A DNA stretch of 64,000 bases, from assembly GCA_903831305.1 (NCBI GenBank), contig CAIKXE010000004.1, positions 83,524-147,523 on the forward strand, read 5' to 3'. The DNA is from an uncultured bacterium. GTDB taxonomy: Bacteria > Patescibacteriota > Minisyncoccia > Phycocordibacterales > GWA1-40-21. The notes beneath the pieces were generated by a model. That model was not told where the DNA came from. It saw only the letters and a list, made by a program, of their open reading frames with translations, and made no database searches. Below are positions 9,871 through 17,790 of the stretch, in pieces; positions within the stretch are counted from its first letter, which is position 1, and each line of letters opens with the position of its first letter. A program made the translations under genes and the position numbers.

Positions 9871-9954
9871 CTTAGTTAGATATCTTGATAATCTTTCCCT
9901 GGTGTTACCTGTGTGGGTGCTCAGTGGAAGGAACAAAGAAGTTAGGAGGTTGAG

Positions 9955-10158
9955 ATGAAGAAGGTCTTTGTTTGTCTGGTGATGGTCGGGGTTTGTTTGG
10001 CGGCTGGAGGGTGCTTGATGCCGTATGACCCTTATGCCGGAGGGGTCTATGTGGAACCCGTCCCTCGGCCTTACTACGGTCCGGTGGTCGTCGTTCCGCC
10101 ACCTCCCGTCTACTACCATCACCGGCCACCACCTCCGCGTTACTACCGCCATCGGTAG
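9955..10158 (+). CDS. small Pro/Tyr-rich lipoprotein (67 aa) in GC-rich island
   Basis: signal peptide plus lipobox LAAGGC; strong SD; G/C-ending codons unlike neighbours. Confidence 0.5.
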   Translation: MKKVFVCLVMVGVCLAAGGCLMPYDPYAGGVYVEPVPRPYYGPVVVVPPPPVYYHHRPPPPRYYRHR

Positions 10159-10174
10159 GAATGCGGTAGGGCCA

Positions 10175-10213
10175 GGGCGCGCTTTGTGGAAGCTGATACC
10201 TTCCCCGAGCGCG
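10175..10213 (+). terminator. GC-rich hairpin plus T run
   Basis: agggcgcgc...gagcgcgctctttttgttt. Confidence 0.5.
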
Positions 10214-10250
10214 CTCTTTTTGTTTATAAAATTTATGCTAAAGTATAAAT

Positions 10251-10721
10251 ATGCTTTATTCAAGTAAAAGTGTGGCGGAAACAAACAAAATAGCAGCAGA
10301 TTTTCTACCAAAGATTATTGGCTCTCTCACAAATGATCAGAGTGGAGTGGCGGGAGCTACTGTCGTGGGGCTATTTGGCGACCTAGGTTCTGGTAAAACT
10401 ACTTTTACACAGTCTCTCGGTAAACATCTCGGGATAAAAGAAGTGATGACGAGTCCGACTTTTGTGATTGAAAAGATTTATTTATTAAAAAATCACTCCG
10501 AGGAATTTCCGGTGGCCTTTACTAGGTTGATCCATATTGATGCTTACCGCTTAGAAAAAGGGGAGGAATTACAAAGTCTCGGTTTTGCCGAATTATTAAA
10601 GGATCCTAAAAATTTGATTTTGATTGAATGGCCAGAGAGGGTAGTGGATATTTTGCCACCAAAGATGGTTAAAATTAATTTTAAGTTTGTTAGTGAGTTT
10701 GAGCGAGAGATTGAGTTTTAA
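10251..10721 (+). CDS. tsaE: tRNA threonylcarbamoyladenosine biosynthesis protein TsaE (YjeE)
   Basis: P-loop GDLGSGKTTF, SPTF motif, ~155 aa. Confidence 0.8.
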   Translation: MLYSSKSVAETNKIAADFLPKIIGSLTNDQSGVAGATVVGLFGDLGSGKTTFTQSLGKHLGIKEVMTSPTFVIEKIYLLKNHSEEFPVAFTRLIHIDAYRLEKGEELQSLGFAELLKDPKNLILIEWPERVVDILPPKMVKINFKFVSEFEREIEF

Positions 10722-10741
10722 ATATGCTATAATCTCCCTAA

Positions 10742-13210
10742 ATGGCCAAGATAAACCCTAAAGAAAAATCTCGGGCAGGTAAAAAACTAGTGTTGCTAGA
10801 TGTGCATGCTATCATCCACCGGGCGTATCACGCCTTGCCAGAATTTGTGTCTAGTAAAGGTGTGCCAACCGGCGCTTTATATGGCCTTTCTACCATGCTG
10901 CTAAAAATCATTGGGGATATCAAACCGGACTATATCATGGCTTGTTATGATTTGCCCAAGCCCACTTACCGTCATGAAGCTTACAAGGATTATAAAGCCG
11001 GCCGAGCCAAGACAGATGACGAACTAGTGGCCCAGCTGAAGAAGTCTCGGGAGATCTTTGAAGCTTTTGATATACCAATTTATGATAAAGAGGGTTTTGA
11101 GGCGGATGATATGATCGGCACCTTGGTGGAAAAAGTGTTGAAGTTGGACAAGGCCTCGCCTTGTCCGGAAATTGACGTGGTGATTGCTTCTGGCGATATG
11201 GATACTTTACAGCTAGTGGTGGATGACCGTGTGCGGGTCTATACTTTAAAAAAGGGGATTAAAGATACAATTATTTATAATGAAAAAGCGGTGGTGGAGC
11301 GTTTTGGTTTTTTGCCTAAACTTTTGCCAGATTATAAAGGCCTCCGGGGTGATCCGTCTGACAACATTATTGGTATTAAAGGAATCGGGGAGAAGACAGC
11401 CGGGATTTTAATTCAAAACTTTGGGGGTATAGAGGACATTTATAAAAAATTAAAAGCTAAAGGAGGAAAGGAAGAATTTAAAAAAGCGGGGATCACTGAC
11501 CGAATAGTAAAACTGCTAGAAGAGGGGGAAGAGGAAGCTGAGTTTTCTAAAATGCTTGGAACGATAAGGCGAGATGCGCCGATTGATTTTAAAATTCCGG
11601 AAAAGACTTGGTCGGAAAATCTGGCGGAAGAAAAGGTGCTTAAGTTGTGGAGTGAGTTGGAGTTTAGGACTTTGGGGACAAGATTAAAAGAATTGGTGGG
11701 TGGAAAGGCGGGGGAAAGTGTGGCCGAGAAAAAAGAAGCTATAGTAAAGCAGAATAATCAGTTATTCGCGGATAGTGACTTGTCTGAGACTGAGCTAAAA
11801 GAAGCTCAGATTGCCCTCTGGCTTGTCAATTCCAATATTACGGACCCGAAAATTGAAGATATTATTAACCTGTCTGGACAAAAGGATTTGAAGTCCGCCA
11901 AAGACTTTTTGTTGGCGGAAATTAAAAATAAAAAATTAGATTATGTTTTCACGGAGATTGAGAAACCCCTAATTCCGATTATTAAAGAGATGGAAGCTTG
12001 GGGAATTGTGGTAGATAAAGAGGCCCTTTTGAAATTGTCCGTGGAGAATCACAAGATTTTGGCTGATTTGGAAAAGAAAATTTGGGATTTGGCTGGTAGT
12101 GAATTTAATATAAATTCCCCTAAACAGATGGGAGAGATTTTATTTGATAAGATGGGTTTGCAAGTGAAGAATCAAAAGAAAACGGCTGGTGGTAAAGCTT
12201 CCACTAAGGAAAGCGAGCTGGAAAAAATGCGGGATTTAGACCCGATCATCCCTTTGATTCTAGAATATCGCGAATTGCAGAAAATGCTCTCCACTTATAT
12301 TGATAATATTCCAAACATGGTGGCGCCAGATGGACGCTTGCATGCTCGGTTTTTACAAACTGGAACCACCACTGGACGCATGTCATCGCAAGATCCAAAC
12401 CTACAAAACATTCCGAATAAAAGTGGCCTAGGAATGGAGGTGCGGAAGGCTTTTAAAGCGGGACCGGGCTGTAAGTTAGTAGCTTTTGATTATTCGCAGA
12501 TTGAAATCCGTATTGCTGCCTTTCTATCCGGCGATGAAAAACTTTTGGAGATTTTTAGAAAAGGGGAGGATGTTCACACCGCCGTGGCCTCGGAAGTATT
12601 TGGCGTACCACTCAACCAGGTGGACAAAGAAATGCGCCGAAAAGCTAAAGTAATTAACTTTGGTATTATGTATGGGATGGGTGTTTCCGCTCTTAAACAA
12701 AACCTGGGCACAGAACGAGCGGAAGCGCAAAAGTTTTATGATGATTATTTTGCTAAATTCAGTGGTCTGGCCAAATATTTGGATAAGGTAAAAGAGGAGA
12801 CTAAACAAACCGGGTTTACAGAAACACTGTTTGGTCGCCGTCGCTATTTTGAGGGTATCAAGTCTAAAATTCCTTTTATTAAGGCCATGGCCGAGCGTAT
12901 GGCTATAAATGCGCCAATTCAAGGGACAGAGGCGGATATTATAAAACTAGCGATGATTAAGGTGGGGGAATTTTTGAGCACAACCGCCCCTAACCCCTCC
13001 TTAACTAAGGAGGGGGAGGGAAAGAAAAATATCCACCTGTTGTTACAGGTTCATGATGAACTCGTTTATGAGATGCCGGTGGAAATGGTGGAAAAAATAG
13101 CCCCTAGAATAAAAGAAATCATGGAAAACGTGGTTAGTTTAGAAAAAACTAAAGGCGTGGTCTGCAAGGTGGATTATAAAGTGGGGGATAATTGGGGCGA
13201 GATGAAATAA
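10742..13210 (+). CDS. polA: DNA polymerase I (5' nuclease + polymerase; 3'-5' exo region reduced)
   Basis: 5'-nuclease N-terminus; motif A DYSQIEIR; motif B RRKAKVINFGIMYG; motif C QVHDE; carries in-frame repeat-derived insert. Confidence 0.92.
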   Translation: MAKINPKEKSRAGKKLVLLDVHAIIHRAYHALPEFVSSKGVPTGALYGLSTMLLKIIGDIKPDYIMACYDLPKPTYRHEAYKDYKAGRAKTDDELVAQLKKSREIFEAFDIPIYDKEGFEADDMIGTLVEKVLKLDKASPCPEIDVVIASGDMDTLQLVVDDRVRVYTLKKGIKDTIIYNEKAVVERFGFLPKLLPDYKGLRGDPSDNIIGIKGIGEKTAGILIQNFGGIEDIYKKLKAKGGKEEFKKAGITDRIVKLLEEGEEEAEFSKMLGTIRRDAPIDFKIPEKTWSENLAEEKVLKLWSELEFRTLGTRLKELVGGKAGESVAEKKEAIVKQNNQLFADSDLSETELKEAQIALWLVNSNITDPKIEDIINLSGQKDLKSAKDFLLAEIKNKKLDYVFTEIEKPLIPIIKEMEAWGIVVDKEALLKLSVENHKILADLEKKIWDLAGSEFNINSPKQMGEILFDKMGLQVKNQKKTAGGKASTKESELEKMRDLDPIIPLILEYRELQKMLSTYIDNIPNMVAPDGRLHARFLQTGTTTGRMSSQDPNLQNIPNKSGLGMEVRKAFKAGPGCKLVAFDYSQIEIRIAAFLSGDEKLLEIFRKGEDVHTAVASEVFGVPLNQVDKEMRRKAKVINFGIMYGMGVSALKQNLGTERAEAQKFYDDYFAKFSGLAKYLDKVKEETKQTGFTETLFGRRRYFEGIKSKIPFIKAMAERMAINAPIQGTEADIIKLAMIKVGEFLSTTAPNPSLTKEGEGKKNIHLLLQVHDELVYEMPVEMVEKIAPRIKEIMENVVSLEKTKGVVCKVDYKVGDNWGEMK
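12979..13025 (+). repeat. partial copy of the two-hairpin repeat element inserted in-frame in polA (encodes ~TAPNPSLTKEGEGKK)
   Basis: CACAACCGCCCC-TAA-CCCCTCCTTAACTAAGGAGGGGGAGGG shares 5' 12-mer and hairpin 2 with copies A/B. Confidence 0.55.
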
Positions 13211-13211
13211 T

Positions 13212-13973
13212 ATGTTTTATTTATTTTACGGAGCGGATACAGCCAAAGCCAGAAGCCAAGCCTATAAGGTGGTGGAGGCGGCCAAGAAAAAGCATGAGAC
13301 GGCGGAATTTTTTAAATTAGACAGTGAAAACTTTTCCGCAAGTAAGCTGGATGAGCTTTCCGCTAGCCAAGGACTTTTCTATTCTGCCTTTATTATTTTG
13401 GCTGATAAGTTATGTGATGATGAGGATACTTCAGAGATCTTATTAAAAAAATTAAAGGAACTAAAAGAGTCACCAAACTTTTTTATCTTTTTAGAGGGAG
13501 CGCTGAATAAAAAAGAGCTAGAAAAATTTGGAAAATATGCGGAGAAAGTGGAGGAATTTAACAAACCAGGGCGGAAGCTAAATAAAAAAGAGGCTTTGGC
13601 CGCTAAAGGCGAGAAAATAGACTTCTTTGAATTTGCTAATACGCTGGGAGAGAGAAATAAAAAGCTACTTTGGACTCTGTATCAGGATGCTTTGGCGGAG
13701 GAGGTGGCTTCTGAGGAGGTGCATGCCATGTTTTTTTGGCAGGTAAAGTCCATGCTCGCAGCGGTAAAGTCTAAAGATGCCACCGAGGCCGGGCTAAATC
13801 CTTATGTTTTTACCAAGTCTAAGGGTTATGCGCAAAATTATGGAACCACAGCCCTCGAAAGTGAGAAAAAATTGAAGGAGATGTCTACCAGGCTCTTTGA
13901 AATGTATCATGAGGCCCATCGGGGGAAGGCGGATTTTGCGGTGGCGCTAGAGAGATTTATTTTGGAGTTGTAA
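13212..13973 (+). CDS. DNA polymerase III delta subunit-like protein (HolA-like), uncertain
   Basis: N-terminal FYLFYGAD resembles HolA start; placed after polA; short for HolA. Confidence 0.3.
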   Translation: MFYLFYGADTAKARSQAYKVVEAAKKKHETAEFFKLDSENFSASKLDELSASQGLFYSAFIILADKLCDDEDTSEILLKKLKELKESPNFFIFLEGALNKKELEKFGKYAEKVEEFNKPGRKLNKKEALAAKGEKIDFFEFANTLGERNKKLLWTLYQDALAEEVASEEVHAMFFWQVKSMLAAVKSKDATEAGLNPYVFTKSKGYAQNYGTTALESEKKLKEMSTRLFEMYHEAHRGKADFAVALERFILEL

Positions 13974-14003
13974 ACCTATTTGATTTGAGCATATAAAGTT
14001 CTA

Positions 14004-14027
14004 GGGCCCCCGAGGTTGTCGGGGGCC
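14004..14027 (-). terminator. GC hairpin gggcccccga-caac-ctcgggggccc after Cys-rich ORF
   Basis: perfect 9-10 bp GC stem. Confidence 0.5.
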
Positions 14028-14043
14028 CTTGCTCATCTCTCGG

Positions 14044-14214
14044 TCACTCACCAAGGGGCGGGCACTTGCTTCTGTCGCAGATGCTGAAGGCACAGAGTCC
14101 TTCAGCCAATCCGCACATGATGCAGTAGCGCTCCTCTTCCTTTTTCTCACCGTTCTTGTACACGGTGATGTGCCCGTTTGCCCTGGCTTTTTTTCGGCCT
14201 TCTGCTTCGTCCAT
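14044..14214 (-). CDS. Cys-rich small protein (56 aa) in GC-rich island
   Basis: ATG preceded by AAGGGGG SD; 5 Cys (CxxC..CxxxxC..C); promoter-like TTGCAA-17-TATGGT at 14273-14301. Confidence 0.35.
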   Translation of the reverse strand: MDEAEGRKKARANGHITVYKNGEKKEEERYCIMCGLAEGLCAFSICDRSKCPPLGE

Positions 14215-14331
14215 TGGAACCCCCTTGTCCTTCCGGCTCTATTAGTGGCCGGTCTTTTACTGTTCTTTCTATACCATACTGTATTTCTGTCACTTTTGCA
14301 AGGAGTGAGGCTGGACAAACACTTGGCTGTT

Positions 14332-15060
14332 TTATATTTTTTTATAAAAAGTCTTAAATATTTGTTTTTGGAATTCCGCAATCCTCTTACTCTCTATAGT
14401 CATACAAGTCTCAGAATTGTAATCAATGAAGGCTACTTTGTCCCCATAAATTATTTCTGTGACATTGTGCTCAAAAGGACCAAAATCCGGCGGTAATACT
14501 TTGGTAAAGCGGTCCAAACTCGGTCTCTTGTTCTTAGCTGTTTGAACATTGGTGATCACCTCGCGTTGTAGCCTTTTTTTATCACGCATTTTTTGATAAA
14601 TTCTCGGTACATATTTATCTTTTTTTTCCTGACCATTTTTGTTTGAACTGTAACGGTAAAAGGTGTCACCTTTTTTTAGACTCCTGACCACATCATCAAA
14701 TATTCTTTTAGTACCATCCTTACCCTCTAGGAATCTGATCTTGGGTCTCTTCTCACTGCTGGCATAGGCATCTTCCAAGTCTGGCAATATCTCAAAGAAA
14801 TCAATTTTTAAATCATCAAACAAGGTTTCCAGCCGGTTGGGTGGCTCAGCACCAAAGACCACGCTTTTCAGTTTTTGGGTTTTGGTCACCAGTTTTTTAT
14901 CCAGGAGGGCGGGGAGAGCTTTATAAATGAGGGGGCGGTGGATAGAAGTTTTCTCGGATATCTCGGAAATATTTGAAGTCCCCATCTCAAGTAGCGCCAA
15001 ATAGATAGCGCTTTCATTCTTGGTCAGCCCTATTTTCTCCAAAATTTTGTTTTTGTCCAT
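14332..15060 (-). CDS. TrmB-family transcriptional regulator (paralog 0)
   Basis: N-terminal wHTH LTKNESAIYLALLEMG; full-length similarity to the three regulators in the ABC-transporter locus. Confidence 0.7.
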   Translation of the reverse strand: MDKNKILEKIGLTKNESAIYLALLEMGTSNISEISEKTSIHRPLIYKALPALLDKKLVTKTQKLKSVVFGAEPPNRLETLFDDLKIDFFEILPDLEDAYASSEKRPKIRFLEGKDGTKRIFDDVVRSLKKGDTFYRYSSNKNGQEKKDKYVPRIYQKMRDKKRLQREVITNVQTAKNKRPSLDRFTKVLPPDFGPFEHNVTEIIYGDKVAFIDYNSETCMTIESKRIAEFQKQIFKTFYKKI

Positions 15061-15372
15061 TTTTTATCTGTTTTAGTTATTAAAATTGTAACTCAATTTT
15101 ACAAATATATTATCATAATCATTAAGAAAGTTTAAGTTTTTCAAGGATTTATCCATATTATTGTATTGATTTGACGTGTTTGTAATATATTGTTACATCT
15201 TTTATGAGTAGAATAGGCCAGAGATTAACGGTTTGCGGGTAACGCCCGTATTTACATTACAGTACCGCCTCCAAAATAGGTGATGGCGAAGTAATTTTAA
15301 TATTATATTGTTCAGATAAGAGCTCCTTGAGATTTGAATCTAGGTTTAGAAAGGAAAAAAGGAGAAGGGCCA

Positions 15373-15599
15373 TGCGTTACGAAGGTGGTTTGACCTTGGA
15401 ACAGGCCAGGCGGGTGGAGGTGGGGGATGTGATCGTCCTGCACGACTACGGACCACTCAAAGTGATTGATGGGCACAAACTGCCCCCCTCAACGGTAAAT
15501 GGTGGGGATACCCCGCGGTCCATGGTGGTCAGGACGCAGGGTGGCCTCAGACGCCTCCTCATCGTCACGGCTCAGTCTGAAACCTTGTCCGTCTTCTGA
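15373..15599 (+). CDS. small hypothetical protein (~75 aa) in GC-rich island
   Basis: SD AAAGGAGAAGG then ATG; G/C-ending codons; terminator hairpin 15628-15652. Confidence 0.35.
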
Positions 15600-15627
15600 C
15601 TACTGACCTAGCATGTCACAAAACTGC

Positions 15628-15656
15628 CAGCCCGAGTAATCTCGGGCTTTCTCAAT
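15628..15656 (+). terminator. hairpin gcccgag-taat-ctcgggc plus T run
   Basis: read directly. Confidence 0.55.
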
Positions 15657-15672
15657 AAGTTTAAATATTTTG

Positions 15673-15745
15673 TCCGCCCAGTTGGAGTCGAACCAACGAC
15701 CTTCTCCTTAAAAGGGAGCTGCTCTACCAGCTGAGCTATGGGCGG
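15673..15745 (-). tRNA. tRNA-Lys (anticodon UUU)
   Basis: hand fold: 7-bp acceptor CCGCCCA/TGGGCGG, D arm GCTC/GAGC, loop CTTTTAA, T arm GTTGG-TTCGACT-CCAAC. Confidence 0.8.
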
Positions 15746-15803
15746 AATGCAAAAAATATAACAAAAAAAACAGCAAATGTCCAATTTAAAAGGTAAAAAG
15801 TAA

Positions 15804-16217
15804 TTACAGCATTGGAACATCTATGGCATAGAGCCCAGCACCGGAGAGGATGAGGGAAGCACAGATAGCGGTAAGGAGAAGATAAAAAACCATATCTCTT
15901 TTTAGAATTGATTCTTCCTCATATTCTATTAGTAGTTCACAAGTAGAAATAACCGCCAGGACTAGGGCTGCGACTTGGGTGTAAGCGCCACCGATGAGCA
16001 GGAACCCGCCGATAATCTCCACTAAGCCAAGAAGAGTAGTAAAAAAACCAGCTGGTTTGACACCTAAAATACTTAAGGAAGATATCCAACCCTTTTTTTC
16101 TTTACCTAGTTTTAAGAAACCAAGATTTAAGAAAACAAGACCAATAACAATCCTCAGAATCAGAGGGGCCAGTAATGAATAAGAAAATAGTTCGGGAAAA
16201 AGATTAAATGTTTGCAT
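15804..16217 (-). CDS. DoxX-family membrane protein
   Basis: 4 TM helices, DoxX-like LVFLNLGFLKL...GFLLIGG pattern. Confidence 0.65.
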   Translation of the reverse strand: MQTFNLFPELFSYSLLAPLILRIVIGLVFLNLGFLKLGKEKKGWISSLSILGVKPAGFFTTLLGLVEIIGGFLLIGGAYTQVAALVLAVISTCELLIEYEEESILKRDMVFYLLLTAICASLILSGAGLYAIDVPML

Positions 16218-16246
16218 ACGGGTATTATACCATGTAATATAAATTT

Positions 16247-16723
16247 ATGAAGCAAAAGGAAGTAATTGTCATCTTGGATAATATCAGAAGCACATATAAT
16301 GTGGGATCTATTTTCCGCACAGCAGATGCCCTAGGGGTAAAACAGCTTATTTTGGGTGGCACCACGCCAACACCGATAGACCGGTTTGGGCGTGAGCGAG
16401 CAGATATTGCTAAGGTGTCCTTGGGGGCGGAGAAAAGTGTGCCCTGGAAGCAGGAGAAAGCTATTTTGCCGGTTATCAAGAAGCTAAAAAAAGAGGGTTA
16501 TCAGATAATTGCCGTTGAACAGTCAGAAAAATCGGTGGATTATAAAAGGGTAAAAACCGCTGGTCGAGTAGCTTTTATTATGGGGGCGGAGGTGGAGGGG
16601 GTAGCAAAGGATATTTTAAAAATTGCTGACGTGATTGCGGAGATACCTATGTTGGGTAAAAAAGAATCATTAAATGTATCTGTTTCCTTTGGTGTCGCTT
16701 TATTTCGGATTTTGAATGTTTAA
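16247..16723 (+). CDS. SpoU/TrmH family RNA 2'-O-methyltransferase
   Basis: SPOUT motifs VILDNIRSTYNVGSIFRTADALG ... IMGAEVEGV. Confidence 0.75.
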   Translation: MKQKEVIVILDNIRSTYNVGSIFRTADALGVKQLILGGTTPTPIDRFGRERADIAKVSLGAEKSVPWKQEKAILPVIKKLKKEGYQIIAVEQSEKSVDYKRVKTAGRVAFIMGAEVEGVAKDILKIADVIAEIPMLGKKESLNVSVSFGVALFRILNV

Positions 16724-16732
16724 AACAGCACC

Positions 16733-16830
16733 TCCAGTTAATATGATTTTGGAGGCTTCACAGGCGGGTAGCCGAGAGAGAGCAAATTTTTGCAGAGAAT
16801 TTTATGCGCACTCCAAAATCATATTAACTG
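16733..16830. repeat. 20-nt perfect inverted repeat (CAGTTAATATGATTTTGGAG ... CTCCAAAATCATATTAACTG) with 57-nt spacer, between convergent genes
   Basis: read directly; bidirectional terminator or MITE-like element. Confidence 0.55.
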
Positions 16831-16852
16831 TAGGTTCTTGCAAATGGCTGAC

Positions 16853-17713
16853 TTATTTCTGACACCCTGGGCAGTAATGCGTTCCTCGGCCCGCATGTTT
16901 GGTTTTTATTATTGACAGGCCACACCTTTTACAAGCCTCACCTTTTCGGCCATAGACCATGAGGTGGGGGACAAAGCCACCCTTCTCTCCGTTACTTCGC
17001 ACATAATTTTTGGCGGAGGTCCCTTTTTTCTTGATAGAAAACTTTAGCACATTAATAATATTCTGATGTAAATCCCTTATTTCCTTGTTTGTCAGTGTTT
17101 TTGTTTTGCGCATTGGTAAAACACTGCTTAAAAAAGCACTTTCGTCTGCATAGATATTGCCAATACCGGCAAGCAAATGCTGATCTAAAAGTATTTGTTT
17201 TATAGTTCGGTTTGGGTACTTAGTAAATATTTTTTTAAGATTCGCTATGGTGAAAGTTTTAGAAAGAGGTTCTAGACCAATTTCTGTATCAATATACTTT
17301 TTTAGTTTATCGTCCAATATTTTGAACCAACCAAATTTTCTTAAGTCATTGAAGTAGAGATGACTTCTGTCTTTGAAGGTAAAGAACAGGCGGGTGTGCC
17401 GACCAGGGGTTTGGATATCAGCCGTGGGGTGGCCACCGGTGATTATTTTACCAGTTTGAGGCATAAAGATTAGTTGCCCGGTCATTTTGAGGTGAATAAT
17501 CAGGCTTAACTCGCCACTCAAATGGACTAAAAGCATTTTAGCTCGGCGATCTAGGCTAAGTATCTTTTTCCCCGTTACCATTTTAGTGAAGTTTTGAACG
17601 GAAGTGGGAGAGACAGTTTTTGGCCACAAAATAGTCACTTGGGAAATCACTTTTCCCTTAAGTGTTTTAGCCAGCTCTCTTTTGATAGTTTCAACTTCTG
17701 GTAATTCGGGCAT
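16853..17713 (-). CDS. mutM: formamidopyrimidine-DNA glycosylase
   Basis: N-terminal PELPEVE, H2TH, C-terminal zinc finger CxxC...CxxC. Confidence 0.88.
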   Translation of the reverse strand: MPELPEVETIKRELAKTLKGKVISQVTILWPKTVSPTSVQNFTKMVTGKKILSLDRRAKMLLVHLSGELSLIIHLKMTGQLIFMPQTGKIITGGHPTADIQTPGRHTRLFFTFKDRSHLYFNDLRKFGWFKILDDKLKKYIDTEIGLEPLSKTFTIANLKKIFTKYPNRTIKQILLDQHLLAGIGNIYADESAFLSSVLPMRKTKTLTNKEIRDLHQNIINVLKFSIKKKGTSAKNYVRSNGEKGGFVPHLMVYGRKGEACKRCGLSIIKTKHAGRGTHYCPGCQK

Positions 17714-17790
17714 AATCTAAGTGTATGTTTAAACGGTAAAAATGTAAAATATATACAGGACATAAAATTATTATCTGTTATAATAGGCCA

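Noticed and set aside
9896-10215. Possibility that the GC-rich islands are structured ncRNAs (RNase P RNA, SRP RNA, 6S) standing out in an AT-rich genome
   Set aside because: I looked for RNase P (GGAAAGTCCGG, ACAGAAnCCGGCTTA) and SRP (GGAAGCAGC) signatures and found none. Each island instead shows SD-ATG spacing, signal peptides or long ORFs with codon periodicity, so protein-coding cassettes are the better reading.
9826-10311. Alternative-frame ORFs over the lipoprotein island (9826..10311 -, 9905..10132 -, 10025..10267 +)
   Set aside because: These are out-of-frame or antisense translations of GC-rich DNA, giving Pro/Arg/Ser-rich products. Only the + frame 9955..10158 has an SD, a signal peptide and a lipobox.
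14001-14496. ORF-track entries 14001..14381 (-) 126 aa and 14029..14496 (+) 155 aa
   Set aside because: Low-complexity Arg/Pro/Thr-rich or Leu/Phe-rich translations spanning a GC-rich island and an AT-rich spacer. They have no SD or start context. The in-frame 56-aa Cys-rich ORF with an SD (14044-14214) and the flanking promoter and terminator explain the region better.
15608-15820. ORF 15608..15820 (-) 70 aa
   Set aside because: It is a translation straight through tRNA-Lys (the ...VVGSTPTGRT... segment is the T-arm/acceptor read as protein).
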